NCBI GenBank assembly: GCA_035281645.1
Contig: DATEDN010000079.1
Coordinates: 9,407 to 73,406 of the forward strand
From: Acidimicrobiia bacterium
GTDB taxonomy: Bacteria; Actinomycetota; Acidimicrobiia; Spongiisociales; ZC4RG35
Direction of reading: 5' to 3'
DNA length: 64,000 nt
Of the stretch, positions 44,094 to 54,612 are shown in pieces. The notes beneath the pieces were generated by a model. It made no database searches, was not told where the DNA came from, and saw nothing but the letters and a program-made list of their open reading frames with translations. Positions within the stretch are counted from its first letter, which is position 1. Every line of letters starts with the position of its first letter. Both the position numbers and the translations under genes were made by a program.

Positions 44094-45310
44094 CCCAGCT
44101 CCACCTTGACGTTGCTGACGATTGCCGCGATGGCCTCTTCCACCCGCCTGGTTTCGGGATGTCGCACGATCACAAAACCCTCACCCTCATAGTGACCGCT
44201 CGGAGTTTGTCCCTCTTTCGGAAGCTGGACCTCGACCACCGTTCCCGCTGCCACCGCTTGGGCTCGGTCGAGCCCGGTAATCCCGACCACCCGCCCTTGG
44301 CCCTGACCCCGCAAATACGCTGCCCCGACCGCGAACTTACGAGTCGGCGGGTCGAACTCCTCATATGTCATCAGCCGTCCCCACGCCTCATAGAGATCGA
44401 AGTCGTGAGCGTATGAGATCAAGGTCGAGAACTGAGCACCCGGGGGACGAACCGCGGCTTCCGAAATCGCAATCGAACCATCTGGCCGCCGAAACCACTC
44501 CATGTGGACAAGACCGGTCTCCAGGCCGAGGGTTGCGATTGCCCGCGGCCCTGCTTCACGGATGGCCTCGTACTCAGGTCCGGAGATGTCCTGGGGAAGG
44601 ATGACCGCCCACTGAATCCAGGGATTCTCCATCACCTGGAGCGGGGTGGGGTAATAGCGGGTGATGTTCCACCAAACCGCTCGTCCTTTGACAAACACGC
44701 AATCGAAGGCGTGCTCTTCGCCGATGACAAACTCCTCCAGCAAGGTCGGCTGTTTTTCGTCCGGCGCTGACCATTGGAGCCAATCCTCGACCTGTTGGGA
44801 ATCGTTCAAACGAAAAGTGTTGCGGGTGCCCGATCCCGCCGGAGGTTTCGCTACCACCGGCAGCCCGATCGCGGAGATGAAGCGGCGGGCTTCCTCCGCT
44901 GACCCCACCAGACGGTGACGTGCACATGGAAGTCCGTTCCGCGCCATCACACTCTTCATCCGGTCTTTGTCACGGAAGTTGCGGGCGGTCTCGACACCGA
45001 TTCCAGGAATGCCGAGCTGTTCGCGCACCACTGCCAGCGGAACCTGCAACTCCTCAAGCGGGCCCATCAGCCGGTCGACGCCTCCCATCTCGCGACCGAT
45101 GGCTGCAACCGCTCCCACGAGATGAGCGGTGTCGAGAGCGTTGTCCACCCTGAGGTGCGACGTCAGGCGATTGCTGACCTCAGCCCCGAGTTTCTCCCGC
45201 GGGTCGTGGCTTATCAGGCCAAGACGGACGCCAGGGGTGCGGGCAACGGCATCTATGAAGCGCGCGGTGGTAGGGAGAAAGTACGGCGCTACGAAAACGA
45301 CATCGGGCAC
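44090..45310 (-). CDS. ATP-grasp domain protein, paralog A2
   Basis: The start is provisionally GTG 45310; the track ORF runs to 45448, across the glgA start. GLPVVAKPPAGSGTRNTFRL, LLEEFVIGEEHAFD and HMEWFRRPDGSIAISEAAVRPPG are collinear with A1 and A3. Confidence 0.75.
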   Translation of the reverse strand: MPDVVFVAPYFLPTTARFIDAVARTPGVRLGLISHDPREKLGAEVSNRLTSHLRVDNALDTAHLVGAVAAIGREMGGVDRLMGPLEELQVPLAVVREQLGIPGIGVETARNFRDKDRMKSVMARNGLPCARHRLVGSAEEARRFISAIGLPVVAKPPAGSGTRNTFRLNDSQQVEDWLQWSAPDEKQPTLLEEFVIGEEHAFDCVFVKGRAVWWNITRYYPTPLQVMENPWIQWAVILPQDISGPEYEAIREAGPRAIATLGLETGLVHMEWFRRPDGSIAISEAAVRPPGAQFSTLISYAHDFDLYEAWGRLMTYEEFDPPTRKFAVGAAYLRGQGQGRVVGITGLDRAQAVAAGTVVEVQLPKEGQTPSGHYEGEGFVIVRHPETRRVEEAIAAIVSNVKVELG

Positions 45311-45372
45311 CAGAAAACGGTAGTGGGCACCGACCTGACCCCGCCCGACGAAGGGCGTGACAGAATCGAGTC

Positions 45373-46803
45373 GTGCGAATCCTGTTCGTGGCTGCCGAGG
45401 TCGCGCCCTTTTCCAAAACCGGCGGACTGGCGGATGTGGCTGATGCACTGCCCGAAGCCCTGCAGGCGATCGGACATGAACCCATGGTGGTCAGTCCTTT
45501 GTACTCCCGCATTCACGAGGGAAACCATCAGCTCCACCGAGTCTTCGAGTCGGTTCCCATCACTCTGCTGGGGGGAGAGCCTTTCGACGCCTACCTGGCA
45601 GAGGACGGCCGAAATTGGTTCATCGACTACCCCCGCTACTACGACCGGGAGGGGATTTACCGAAACGATGGTGACGAGCACCTCCGTTTCTTGTTTCTCA
45701 CCCACGCTGCCCTCGAGCTCTGCCGACGCCGCTCCTGGTCCCCCGAAATTGCCCATGCCAACGACTGGCACACCGGGTTGCTACCACTGTTCCTTCGGAG
45801 CACCTATCAGAGCGATCCGGTCCTTGCCCAGACTCGGTCGATTTTCACGATCCACAATCTCGCTTACCAGGGCGTCTTCGGAGCCGACATCGCCGGAGAG
45901 CTCCGTTTGGGAACTCAGAGCTACCTTCTACACCAGGACCATCTCCGCGAGGGCCGCCTTTCCTTTATGGAGCATGCCCTGATCTATGCCGATGCCATCA
46001 CCACGGTGTCCCCCACGTATGCCCGGGAGATCCAAACCCCGGAGTACGGCGTCGGCCTCGATGGGGTGCTCCGCTATCGCTCGAGCGATCTCTATGGGAT
46101 TCTGAACGGGATAGACACCATGGTCTGGAATCCGCGTACTGACGTCCGCATCCCGGTCAATTACTCCGAAATCTCCCTCGAAGCCAAGGGCGTCAATAGA
46201 GCAGCGCTGTTGGCGCGGGCAGGTGTGACGGGCGGCCTCAATCAAATGACGGTCGGCATCGTCAGCCGCCTAACTGGCCAGAAGGGGATCGAACTCCTGA
46301 TCCGCCCGCTGGCCCGACGCCTGGAATCAGGGCATATCAATTTCGTGGCGCTGGGATCGGGGGAGAATCGGTATGAGCAGGCTCTTACCTGGCTCGCCTC
46401 AACCTTCCCTTCCAGCGCCCATTTCCAACAGGGATACGACGAGGACATGGCCCATCTGATCGAGGCCGGTGCCGACGTGTTTCTCATGCCCTCGCGCTAT
46501 GAGCCGAGTGGACTCAATCAGATGTACAGCCTTGCCTACGGAACCCCGCCGATTGTCCGGCGCACGGGGGGTTTGGCAGATTCGGTCACCCATTACGATG
46601 CCGGGTCGGGTGAGGGAACCGGGTTCGTCTTCGACCACTACACCGAAGTCGGCCTGGCCTGGGCGCTCGATCAAGCCCTGGCGATATATCCGAACCGGGA
46701 ACAGTGGGAACGGCTGCAAAGGAACGGAATGTCAGAGGACAACTCCTGGGAGCGGCGAGCCGGCGAATATGACTATCTCTATCGCAAGGTGATCGCCTCG
46801 TGA
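45373..46803 (+). CDS. glgA: glycogen/starch synthase (GT5, ADP-glucose type)
   Basis: MRILFVAAEVAPFSKTGGLADV N-terminal signature, internal HNLAYQG, and C-terminal PSRYEPSGLNQMY...GGLADSV. Confidence 0.85.
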   Translation: MRILFVAAEVAPFSKTGGLADVADALPEALQAIGHEPMVVSPLYSRIHEGNHQLHRVFESVPITLLGGEPFDAYLAEDGRNWFIDYPRYYDREGIYRNDGDEHLRFLFLTHAALELCRRRSWSPEIAHANDWHTGLLPLFLRSTYQSDPVLAQTRSIFTIHNLAYQGVFGADIAGELRLGTQSYLLHQDHLREGRLSFMEHALIYADAITTVSPTYAREIQTPEYGVGLDGVLRYRSSDLYGILNGIDTMVWNPRTDVRIPVNYSEISLEAKGVNRAALLARAGVTGGLNQMTVGIVSRLTGQKGIELLIRPLARRLESGHINFVALGSGENRYEQALTWLASTFPSSAHFQQGYDEDMAHLIEAGADVFLMPSRYEPSGLNQMYSLAYGTPPIVRRTGGLADSVTHYDAGSGEGTGFVFDHYTEVGLAWALDQALAIYPNREQWERLQRNGMSEDNSWERRAGEYDYLYRKVIAS

Positions 46804-48020
46804 ATGTGATCTTCGTCGAACCGAGCTTTCCCAATTACCAGCGGGAGTTTCCCCGGGCATTGGCGACGGTCGGGGCAACTGTGATCGGTATCGGCGAGCG
46901 CCCCAAAGACTGGCTCGATCCCGAGATGAAGGGCTGGCTCACCCACTATGAACAGGTCGGATCGGTAGTCGACGTAGAAGCGCTCGAACAGGCCGTGCGA
47001 CTCGTCCAGTCCCGTGTAAATGTCGATCGGCTCGAGGCGACGATCGAGGCGCATGTCGAAGCGGCTGCCGCGGTCCGGGAGCGCTGCGGAATCCCCGGGA
47101 CGTCCTCCTACACCGCGTTCTTGTGCCGCGACAAACCCGCCATGAAGGAAGCTCTTCGTCAGGTGGGCGTCCCCACCGCGCAATCGGCCGGGGTCGGAAG
47201 CGCCGAAGAACTCTATGCCTTTGCTCATCACGTTGGTTATCCGCTGATCATCAAGCCCAGGGACGCCGCGGGTGCCTCGGGGACGCGCCGAGTTGACAGC
47301 GATGCCGATGTGCAGGCGGCTCTCCCCTCACTGGGGTTCGACTACGGGCGCTCAGTGGCGGTGGAAGAGTTCATCGAGGGACACGAGGGCTTCTATGACA
47401 CGATCTCGATCGACGGCAAAGTCGCATGCGACTTCGTCAGCCACTACTACCCGGGCGTTCTCGAGGCTATGCGCACCCGATGGATCTCACCGGTGTTCAT
47501 CACCAGCAATCGCATCGACCAGTCCGGCTACGACGAAGTGAAGGCACTGGGCCAGCGAGTAATTCCGGCCCTGGGGATCGGTACTTCCGCCACTCATATG
47601 GAATGGTTCTACGGGCCGAAGGGTCTGAAGTTCTCAGAGATCGGCTGCCGGCCACCCGGAGTCGGGGCCTGGGATCTCTATTGCGCGGCCAACGATCTCG
47701 ATGTCTACCAAGAATGGGCCATGGCGATTTGCTACGGGAGAATTGCTCGTCAACCCTCCCGTCGCTTCTCCGCCGGCATCATCGCCCTTCGCCCCGATCG
47801 AGACGGTGTGATCAGTGGATACGAAGGAATGGCAGAAGTACAGGACCGCTACGGCGGGTTGATCATCGACTATCACCTGCCGCCGCCCGGAACCCCCACC
47901 CAGCCCGTCGAAGCGGGGTACATGGCCAACGCCTGGGTCCGGATGCGCCACGAGGATTACGACGAATTGCGGGGGATTCTTCAACACGTTGGCGAGATTG
48001 CGCAGGTGCGAGCAGTCTGA
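46800..48020 (+). CDS. ATP-grasp domain protein, paralog A3
   Basis: 406 aa with a GTG start in a GTGA overlap with the glgA stop. MNVIFVEPSFP, GYPLIIKPRDAAGASGTRRV, VAVEEFIEGHEGFYD and HMEWFYGPKGLKFSEIGCRPPG. Confidence 0.8.
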   Translation: MNVIFVEPSFPNYQREFPRALATVGATVIGIGERPKDWLDPEMKGWLTHYEQVGSVVDVEALEQAVRLVQSRVNVDRLEATIEAHVEAAAAVRERCGIPGTSSYTAFLCRDKPAMKEALRQVGVPTAQSAGVGSAEELYAFAHHVGYPLIIKPRDAAGASGTRRVDSDADVQAALPSLGFDYGRSVAVEEFIEGHEGFYDTISIDGKVACDFVSHYYPGVLEAMRTRWISPVFITSNRIDQSGYDEVKALGQRVIPALGIGTSATHMEWFYGPKGLKFSEIGCRPPGVGAWDLYCAANDLDVYQEWAMAICYGRIARQPSRRFSAGIIALRPDRDGVISGYEGMAEVQDRYGGLIIDYHLPPPGTPTQPVEAGYMANAWVRMRHEDYDELRGILQHVGEIAQVRAV

Positions 48021-49090
48021 TGACAGCACCTGAGATTCTCGAACCGTTGCGCGAGGCGGACGCGGCGGCGATCGACCTATTTGTAAGCAGCAAGCAATTT
48101 CCGCTGATCGAGCAAGGTAAAGCGACCTTCCTCTTCCGGGGGCAAGCCGATGCAGTGGCCCTCCGACCGATGATGGCCGGATTTCCCGGTCAGCACCGGT
48201 TTGCTCGTCTTGATGGACACGACCTCTGGTGGTTGCGAATGTCGCTCCCAGACGGTGCGCGGCTCGAATACAAGCTCGAGGTTCAGCGGGATCATCACGC
48301 CGACTGGATCAACGACCCGCTCAATCCACTGACCACTACCAACCCTTTCGGGACCAACTCGGTTTGTCGCGGCTTCGGTTACAAAGTTCCCGACTTTGCG
48401 GAGGTTCATCCCGAGACTCCCACCGGATCCTTCTCCGACCTGTTCGTTTCCTCTCGGAAGCTGACGTTGTACCGCCCGGCCTCCTTCGAAGCCCACCGGG
48501 CGTATCCGCTCCTCTTCGTCCACGATGGGGGCGACTACCTCCAGTACGGGTCGATGGCGCTGGTACTCGACAACCTGATCCATGCCGGAGTCGTGGGCCC
48601 GCTAGTGGCCGCTTTTTCCTGGCCTCAAGAGCGGCTTCATGAGTACGCCGCCAACGAAGAGCACGCTCGCTTCGTGGTTGAGGAGGCCTTGCCGGCGATC
48701 GGGAACGAAATTCCCCTGCTGGACCGGCGAGTAGTCATGGGAGCCAGCCTGGGAGCGGTGGCTGCGCTCCACACGGCGTGGCGATATCCCGAAGCCTTCG
48801 GGGGGATGATCCTCCAGTCGGGGACCTTCGCTCAGACCAGGGGCTGGGGGTCCGCCCAGCACCTCCTCGCTCCAATTGCCAACCTGCTGCATCGTCTGGA
48901 GCCTTCGCGACTGCCCCAGCGTGTATTCATGTCTTGTGGAACGTTCGAGCGCATGATCGGCGAGAACCGGACCATGTCGCATCGCTTGCAACGAGCCGGC
49001 CTGAAGGTGAAGTACATCGAAAGCCGGGACGGCCACACCTGGGAGGCTTGGCGGGACCGACTCTCGGAGGCCTTGGACTGGGTCTTCTGA
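48020..49090 (+). CDS. putative esterase (esterase-D/enterochelin-esterase-like alpha/beta hydrolase) with an N-terminal beta-sandwich domain
   Basis: Start moved to ATG 48020, a TGATG overlap; the track ORF 47426.. is a 5' read-through of A3 in another frame. PLLFVHDGGDY and nucleophile region GASLGAVAAL. The N-terminal part (ATFLFRG...WWLRMSLPDGARLEYKL) resembles Fes/CBM48-like modules. Confidence 0.7.
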   Translation: MTAPEILEPLREADAAAIDLFVSSKQFPLIEQGKATFLFRGQADAVALRPMMAGFPGQHRFARLDGHDLWWLRMSLPDGARLEYKLEVQRDHHADWINDPLNPLTTTNPFGTNSVCRGFGYKVPDFAEVHPETPTGSFSDLFVSSRKLTLYRPASFEAHRAYPLLFVHDGGDYLQYGSMALVLDNLIHAGVVGPLVAAFSWPQERLHEYAANEEHARFVVEEALPAIGNEIPLLDRRVVMGASLGAVAALHTAWRYPEAFGGMILQSGTFAQTRGWGSAQHLLAPIANLLHRLEPSRLPQRVFMSCGTFERMIGENRTMSHRLQRAGLKVKYIESRDGHTWEAWRDRLSEALDWVF

Positions 49091-49680
49091 TGGCGATCCC
49101 GGCGACGCTGAGGGGAACGATCTTGCACGGCCAGAGCGTCACTCTTCGTCCTCCGGTTCCAGACGACGCTTCCTCTCTCTTCGCGCCGACCCACGGGGAT
49201 GAGGAGAGGAATTCGGTGTGGACCTACATGGCGTATGGACCCTGGCCCTCTGAAGAAGCCTTCACCGAGTGGGTAGCGGAGCGCGCTGCCTCTTCCGACC
49301 CTTTGTGGTTCACGGTCGAACGAGAGAGCAGTCCGGTGGGCATGGCAACCATGTGCAACTACGCCCCCGAGCATCGTCGGGTGGAGTTGGGTCATATCTG
49401 GTACATCCCATCGGCACAACGAACTGTGGTGAATACCGAGGCGACCTACCTCTTGCTCAAGCACAGCTTCGAGAGCTATCAGGCGAGGCGCGTCGAATGG
49501 AAAGCCGACGCTCGTAACGAACGGTCGCGAGCGGCAGCTCTGCGCCTCGGCTTTTCCTTCGAGGGAATATTTCGCCAACACATGATCGTCAAGGGAGAAA
49601 ACCGCGACACGGTTTGGTTTGCCATGACCGACGGAGATTGGCCGGAGGTCGAGGCTCGCCTGCGTGCCAAACTCGCCTGA
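49090..49680 (+). CDS. GNAT-family N-acetyltransferase (RimJ/RimL-like)
   Basis: Start moved to ATG 49090, a TGATG overlap. 196 aa. LRPPVPDD..., VELGHIWY...QRTVVNTEATYLLLKHSFE...RVEWKADARNERSRAAALRLGFSFEG. Confidence 0.8.
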   Translation: MAIPATLRGTILHGQSVTLRPPVPDDASSLFAPTHGDEERNSVWTYMAYGPWPSEEAFTEWVAERAASSDPLWFTVERESSPVGMATMCNYAPEHRRVELGHIWYIPSAQRTVVNTEATYLLLKHSFESYQARRVEWKADARNERSRAAALRLGFSFEGIFRQHMIVKGENRDTVWFAMTDGDWPEVEARLRAKLA

Positions 49681-50273
49681 TGGAACCCACTCACATCCCC
49701 ACCTTTCTCGTCAAGCAAAAAATCACGGTGATGGTGAATCGATACGAGGTAAGGGCAGCGGAAGCGGACGGAACCGAGGGTTCCCTGCTCGCCTTCGCTC
49801 AACAGAAGCGAATGCAGTTCAAAGAAGAGGTCATCTTCTACGCCGACGAAGCCCGGAAGGAGCGGCTCTTCTCTTTCAAGGCCCGGCAGGGCCTCGACGT
49901 CCGCGCCGAGCACGATGTCTTCGATGCCGACGGCAACATCATCGGTTGGTTCAAGAAAGAGTTCGCCCAGAGCCTGCTGCGTTCTACCTGGCAACTCAGC
50001 TATGACGGGGTGACAGCCCGGGGCCAGGAGCGCAACCAAACCGTGGCGATTCTCCGCCGGATTTGGGACTTCATCCCGGTGGTGGGGGATATCTGGATTC
50101 CGTTCCTATTCCATTTCGACTTCGTCGATCAGGCCACCGGCCAGCAGGTGATGAGCAGCGAGCGGGCGGTGGCGGTTCGGGACCGCTACACGATCCAGGT
50201 CCCCGACCCCCGCTTGGACTTCCGGGTCGCCGCCTCGATGGCGGTAGCTCTCGACGCCCTCCAAAGCCGCTGA
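49680..50273 (+). CDS. LURP-one-related/scramblase-like (tubby C-terminal fold, YxjI-like) protein
   Basis: Start moved to ATG 49680, a TGATG overlap. 197 aa. The FLVKQKITVMVNRYEV...FAQQKRMQFKEEVIFYADE...FSFKAR pattern resembles the DUF567/LOR family. Confidence 0.55.
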   Translation: MEPTHIPTFLVKQKITVMVNRYEVRAAEADGTEGSLLAFAQQKRMQFKEEVIFYADEARKERLFSFKARQGLDVRAEHDVFDADGNIIGWFKKEFAQSLLRSTWQLSYDGVTARGQERNQTVAILRRIWDFIPVVGDIWIPFLFHFDFVDQATGQQVMSSERAVAVRDRYTIQVPDPRLDFRVAASMAVALDALQSR

Positions 50274-50321
50274 TCTGCGAACCCAGGGTTGGGGACCGCG
50301 TTGGGCGCGGATAACGGTCTG

Positions 50322-50360
50322 TAGAAAAGAAACCCGGCCGCTAGGACCGGGTTTCTTCAA
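50322..50360. terminator. bidirectional rho-independent terminator between the convergent LURP-like gene and groEL
   Basis: Perfect 10-bp stem AGAAACCCGG (50328-50337) / CCGGGTTTCT (50347-50356) with a 9-nt loop. There is a T-run on the groEL (minus) side (TTTTCTAC) and TTCAA on the plus side. Confidence 0.75.
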
Positions 50361-50375
50361 CTCGCATGCTTGCGC

Positions 50376-52022
<1,647 letters not shown>

Positions 52023-52313
52023 TCAAGAAACGACGGCCAGGATGTCGCGGGCCGACAACACCAAGTACTCCGTGCCTTCGAGCTTGACCTCGGTGCCGGC
52101 GTACTTGGAATAGAGAACGCGTTCCCCCTTTTTGACGTCAACCGGCATTCGCTTGCCGTCGTCATTGAGCGCACCCGGTCCTACCTCCAGCACCTCACCG
52201 ATCATCGGCTTTTCCTTGGCCGTGTCGGGGATGACCAGTCCGGAAGCGGTCTTCTGCTCGAGCTCATCCTCGGCTTTGACGACGACGCGATCGCCGAGTG
52301 GGCGAAGCTTCAT
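52023..52313 (-). CDS. groES: co-chaperonin GroES
   Basis: 96 aa. [36 protein letters not shown]. Confidence 0.95.
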   Translation of the reverse strand: MKLRPLGDRVVVKAEDELEQKTASGLVIPDTAKEKPMIGEVLEVGPGALNDDGKRMPVDVKKGERVLYSKYAGTEVKLEGTEYLVLSARDILAVVS

Positions 52314-52337
52314 CTGGACTCCTCCTGTCTGAAACGG

Positions 52338-52364
52338 TTAGCACTCGCTCCTGCGGAGTGCTAA
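52338..52364 (-). promoter_or_regulatory. CIRCE operator (HrcA binding site), perfect consensus
   Basis: TTAGCACTC-N9-GAGTGCTAA exactly (52338-52346 / 52356-52364), 24 nt upstream of the groES start. Confidence 0.9.
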
Positions 52365-52371
52365 CCGCACG

Positions 52372-52398
52372 TTAGCGGTCTCCGGCGCGGACTGCTAA
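52372..52398 (-). promoter_or_regulatory. second, degenerate CIRCE-like operator in tandem
   Basis: TTAGCGGTC-N9-GACTGCTAA, 3 mismatches to consensus with correct 9-nt spacing, 7 nt from the first CIRCE. Confidence 0.6.
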
Positions 52399-52424
52399 TC
52401 GGTAACCCCCGGGTCGGCTGGGGA

Positions 52425-53426
52425 TCAGAGCCGGCGGCCGGGGTCGACGGGCGCCGCCCAATCGCTGATATGACCTTTTGCCAGCCAGTGTCCGGCAGTG
52501 ACTCCGATCATGGCGGCGTTGTCGGTGCAGAGCGCCGGTGCCGGCAGGCACAGGTTCACTCCCCGGTTTCCGGCCTCTTCTTCGAGCCGAGCCCGCAGCC
52601 GGCGGTTGGCCAGCACTCCACCACCGGCCCCGAGCACCTTGACCCCGGTGTCGTCCACCGCCCGCATGGTTTTATCCACCAGCACGTCGACGATCGCTTC
52701 CTGGACCGAGGCCGCCACGTCGGCCCGGGCTGGCAGCTCGCCACTCCGCTTGGCCTTGCGAAGATAGGTGCTCACCGAGGTCTTCAGGCCCGAGAAAGAC
52801 ACGTGATAGGGCCGATCCGGAATAGCCCGGGGAAAGGTCACGGCGCTGGGGTCCCCACCCTCGGCTGCCCGATCGATCTCGGGCCCACCAGGAAATCCAA
52901 GACCCAGCAGCCGGGCGAGCTTGTCAAATGCCTCGCCGGCAGCGTCATCGATGGTTTCCCCCATCACCTGGTACTCGCCCCAATCGCTGACATGGATTAT
53001 CTGAGAGTGACCGCCCGAGGCCAGGAGCACCACGGCGGCTGGCTGAAAGGTATCGAACTCGATCCGGGGGGCCATCAGGTGTCCCTCCATGTGATCGACC
53101 CCGATAAAGGGCAGCTGGCGAGCGTAAGCGGTCGCTTTGGCGAAGGAGTGCCCAACCAGCAAAGCCCCCACCAGCCCCGGGCCGGCGGTGGCAGCGACCG
53201 CATCGAGGTCGGCCGGATGAACCCCCGACTCCACCAACGCCCGATGGGTGAGAGGGCGGATGGCCTCAACGTGGGCCCGGGCCGCCACCTCCGGCACCAC
53301 TCCTCCAAATCGAGCATGCAAATCGACTTGCGAGGACAGGATCGAGGAGAGCACCTTCCGCCCCTTGACCACCGCCACTGCGGTCTCGTCGCAACTGGTC
53401 TCAAAGGCGAGGACCAGCGGGGTCAT
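52425..53426 (-). CDS. tsaD: tRNA N6-adenosine threonylcarbamoyltransferase TsaD
   Basis: Start moved to ATG 53426, an ATGA overlap with the rimI stop. LVLAFETSCDETAVAVV..., GVDHMEGH, and a Kae1/TsaD-family C-terminus. The track ORF to 53969 is an out-of-frame read-through over rimI. Confidence 0.9.
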   Translation of the reverse strand: MTPLVLAFETSCDETAVAVVKGRKVLSSILSSQVDLHARFGGVVPEVAARAHVEAIRPLTHRALVESGVHPADLDAVAATAGPGLVGALLVGHSFAKATAYARQLPFIGVDHMEGHLMAPRIEFDTFQPAAVVLLASGGHSQIIHVSDWGEYQVMGETIDDAAGEAFDKLARLLGLGFPGGPEIDRAAEGGDPSAVTFPRAIPDRPYHVSFSGLKTSVSTYLRKAKRSGELPARADVAASVQEAIVDVLVDKTMRAVDDTGVKVLGAGGGVLANRRLRARLEEEAGNRGVNLCLPAPALCTDNAAMIGVTAGHWLAKGHISDWAAPVDPGRRL

Positions 53427-53920
53427 GATCCGAGCTCCTGGCGGATGGAGTCGAGCCTCTCCTGGTAAAGGTCGCTGTCGATATCGTGGACCCACATGAT
53501 GAGCGCGTCCTCGTCGCGGTAATAGCCCTTGCGCACTCCTACCGGCGCCATACCGAACTTGTTGTAGAGCGCCTGGGCATTGCGATTCGAGACCCGGACC
53601 TCCAAGGTCAGACTGGAAGCGCCCGCCGACCGGGCGGCCGAGGCGAGTTCGAGCATCAGACGGGTCCCGAGGTTGCGGCCCCGCCAGGCCGCATCGACAG
53701 TCACTGAGGTGACGTGGGCATCGGGCAGCACCACCATCATCCCGCCATAACCAGCGATGCCGTCGGGTCCATCGGCCACGAGGTAGGTCCTTCCGGCGGC
53801 TACCAACTCGTCGCGAAAGATGCCCTCTGTCCAGGGAACGGGATAGGTGGCCTCCTCGATCTTGAGACAGGCAGCGATGTCGGCCTCGGACATCGTTCGA
53901 ATCACGAAGCCGAGGACCAC
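53423..53920 (-). CDS. rimI: ribosomal-protein-alanine N-acetyltransferase
   Basis: 165-aa GNAT (RGRNLGTRLMLEL acetyl-CoA motif) in the canonical position between tsaB and tsaD. Confidence 0.85.
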   Translation of the reverse strand: MVLGFVIRTMSEADIAACLKIEEATYPVPWTEGIFRDELVAAGRTYLVADGPDGIAGYGGMMVVLPDAHVTSVTVDAAWRGRNLGTRLMLELASAARSAGASSLTLEVRVSNRNAQALYNKFGMAPVGVRKGYYRDEDALIMWVHDIDSDLYQERLDSIRQELGS

Positions 53921-54612
53921 GGATCCTCGGGTGCCAGCTTTTCCCAGTTGAGGTTGACGTCGGGCTCACGCAGATAAAGAGGGGTCAAGGGCTCGGAGGC
54001 GAAGTTGTCCCGCTCGAGCTTTGACATACCGATCTCCAGCACCGCCCGCACCGACGGATATCGCGGCCGTCCCACCTTGACCCGGTGCTGGCCCCGCAAG
54101 ACGGACTCGGGAAGCACCGGCACATCTCCCACCACCAATGGGTTTCCGGGGTCAGACATCAGGACATCGCGCAGCTGGTCGGGGTGCATGAGCTCGGCCT
54201 CGCTGTCCCGCACCACTCCTCCAGGCACCGGGCGATAGGTGGAGACGGCGAGCTCGCCCCGCCGCACGTCCACCAAAGAGAAGATGTGCCGATGCCCGGT
54301 CGAGGCGGCCAGGGCCTGGGCGTCGAGCGAAGATGCCGTCACCACTGGAATGCCCAGCGCCGCCGACAGGCCCTGGGCGGTGGCGATCCCTACCCTGAGC
54401 CCGGTATAGAGCCCGGGACCGACGTCCACCACAATGGCGTCGAGGTCGTCGGGGAACCAGCCGGCCTGGTCGAGGCAGAAGTCGATGGCGGGAACGAGAA
54501 AGGTGCCGTGCCCAGTTCGATCGACCCGGGTGGCAGTCGCTTGCACCTGTCGATCGAGTGTCAGCGCTACTGCCGATTGCGCGGTGGCGGTCTCGATGGC
54601 GAGAAGCTTCAC
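53902..54612 (-). CDS. tsaB: tRNA threonylcarbamoyladenosine biosynthesis protein TsaB
   Basis: Start provisionally GTG 54612, a GTGA overlap with the tsaE stop. KLLAIETATAQSAVAL, GPGLYTGLRVGIATAQG. Confidence 0.8.
   Translation of the reverse strand: MKLLAIETATAQSAVALTLDRQVQATATRVDRTGHGTFLVPAIDFCLDQAGWFPDDLDAIVVDVGPGLYTGLRVGIATAQGLSAALGIPVVTASSLDAQALAASTGHRHIFSLVDVRRGELAVSTYRPVPGGVVRDSEAELMHPDQLRDVLMSDPGNPLVVGDVPVLPESVLRGQHRVKVGRPRYPSVRAVLEIGMSKLERDNFASEPLTPLYLREPDVNLNWEKLAPEDPWSSAS

Noticed and set aside
42811-45372. Graspetide/microviridin-type RiPP cluster (ATP-grasp ligases + GNAT) with a small precursor peptide gene.
   Set aside because: The intergenic spaces (68 bp and 62 bp) are too short for a precursor ORF, and none is visible in the track. 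The ligases (about 405 aa, with Rossmann-like pre-ATP-grasp N-termini) do not look like the compact microviridin-type enzymes. The idea is kept only as an alternative to test.
47426-49090. 5'-extended ORFs in the track that run through the preceding gene. The track ORFs, with the starts I used instead, are:
- 961..2559
- 47426..49090
- 48778..49680
- 49614..50273
- 52425..53969
- 10084..11961
- 23961..26144
- 33485..34927
- 44090..45448 (start 45310)
- 57503..58666 (start 58582)
- 56625..57584 (start 57506)
- 53902..54645 (start 54612)
- 19980..20939 (start 20888)
- 6934..8004 (start 7024)
   Set aside because: The homologous part of each protein begins at an internal ATG or GTG that forms an ATGA, GTGA or TGATG overlap with the upstream stop, or follows a good RBS. 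The upstream extensions are low-complexity and overlap real genes. Starts were re-assigned accordingly, though some remain provisional.
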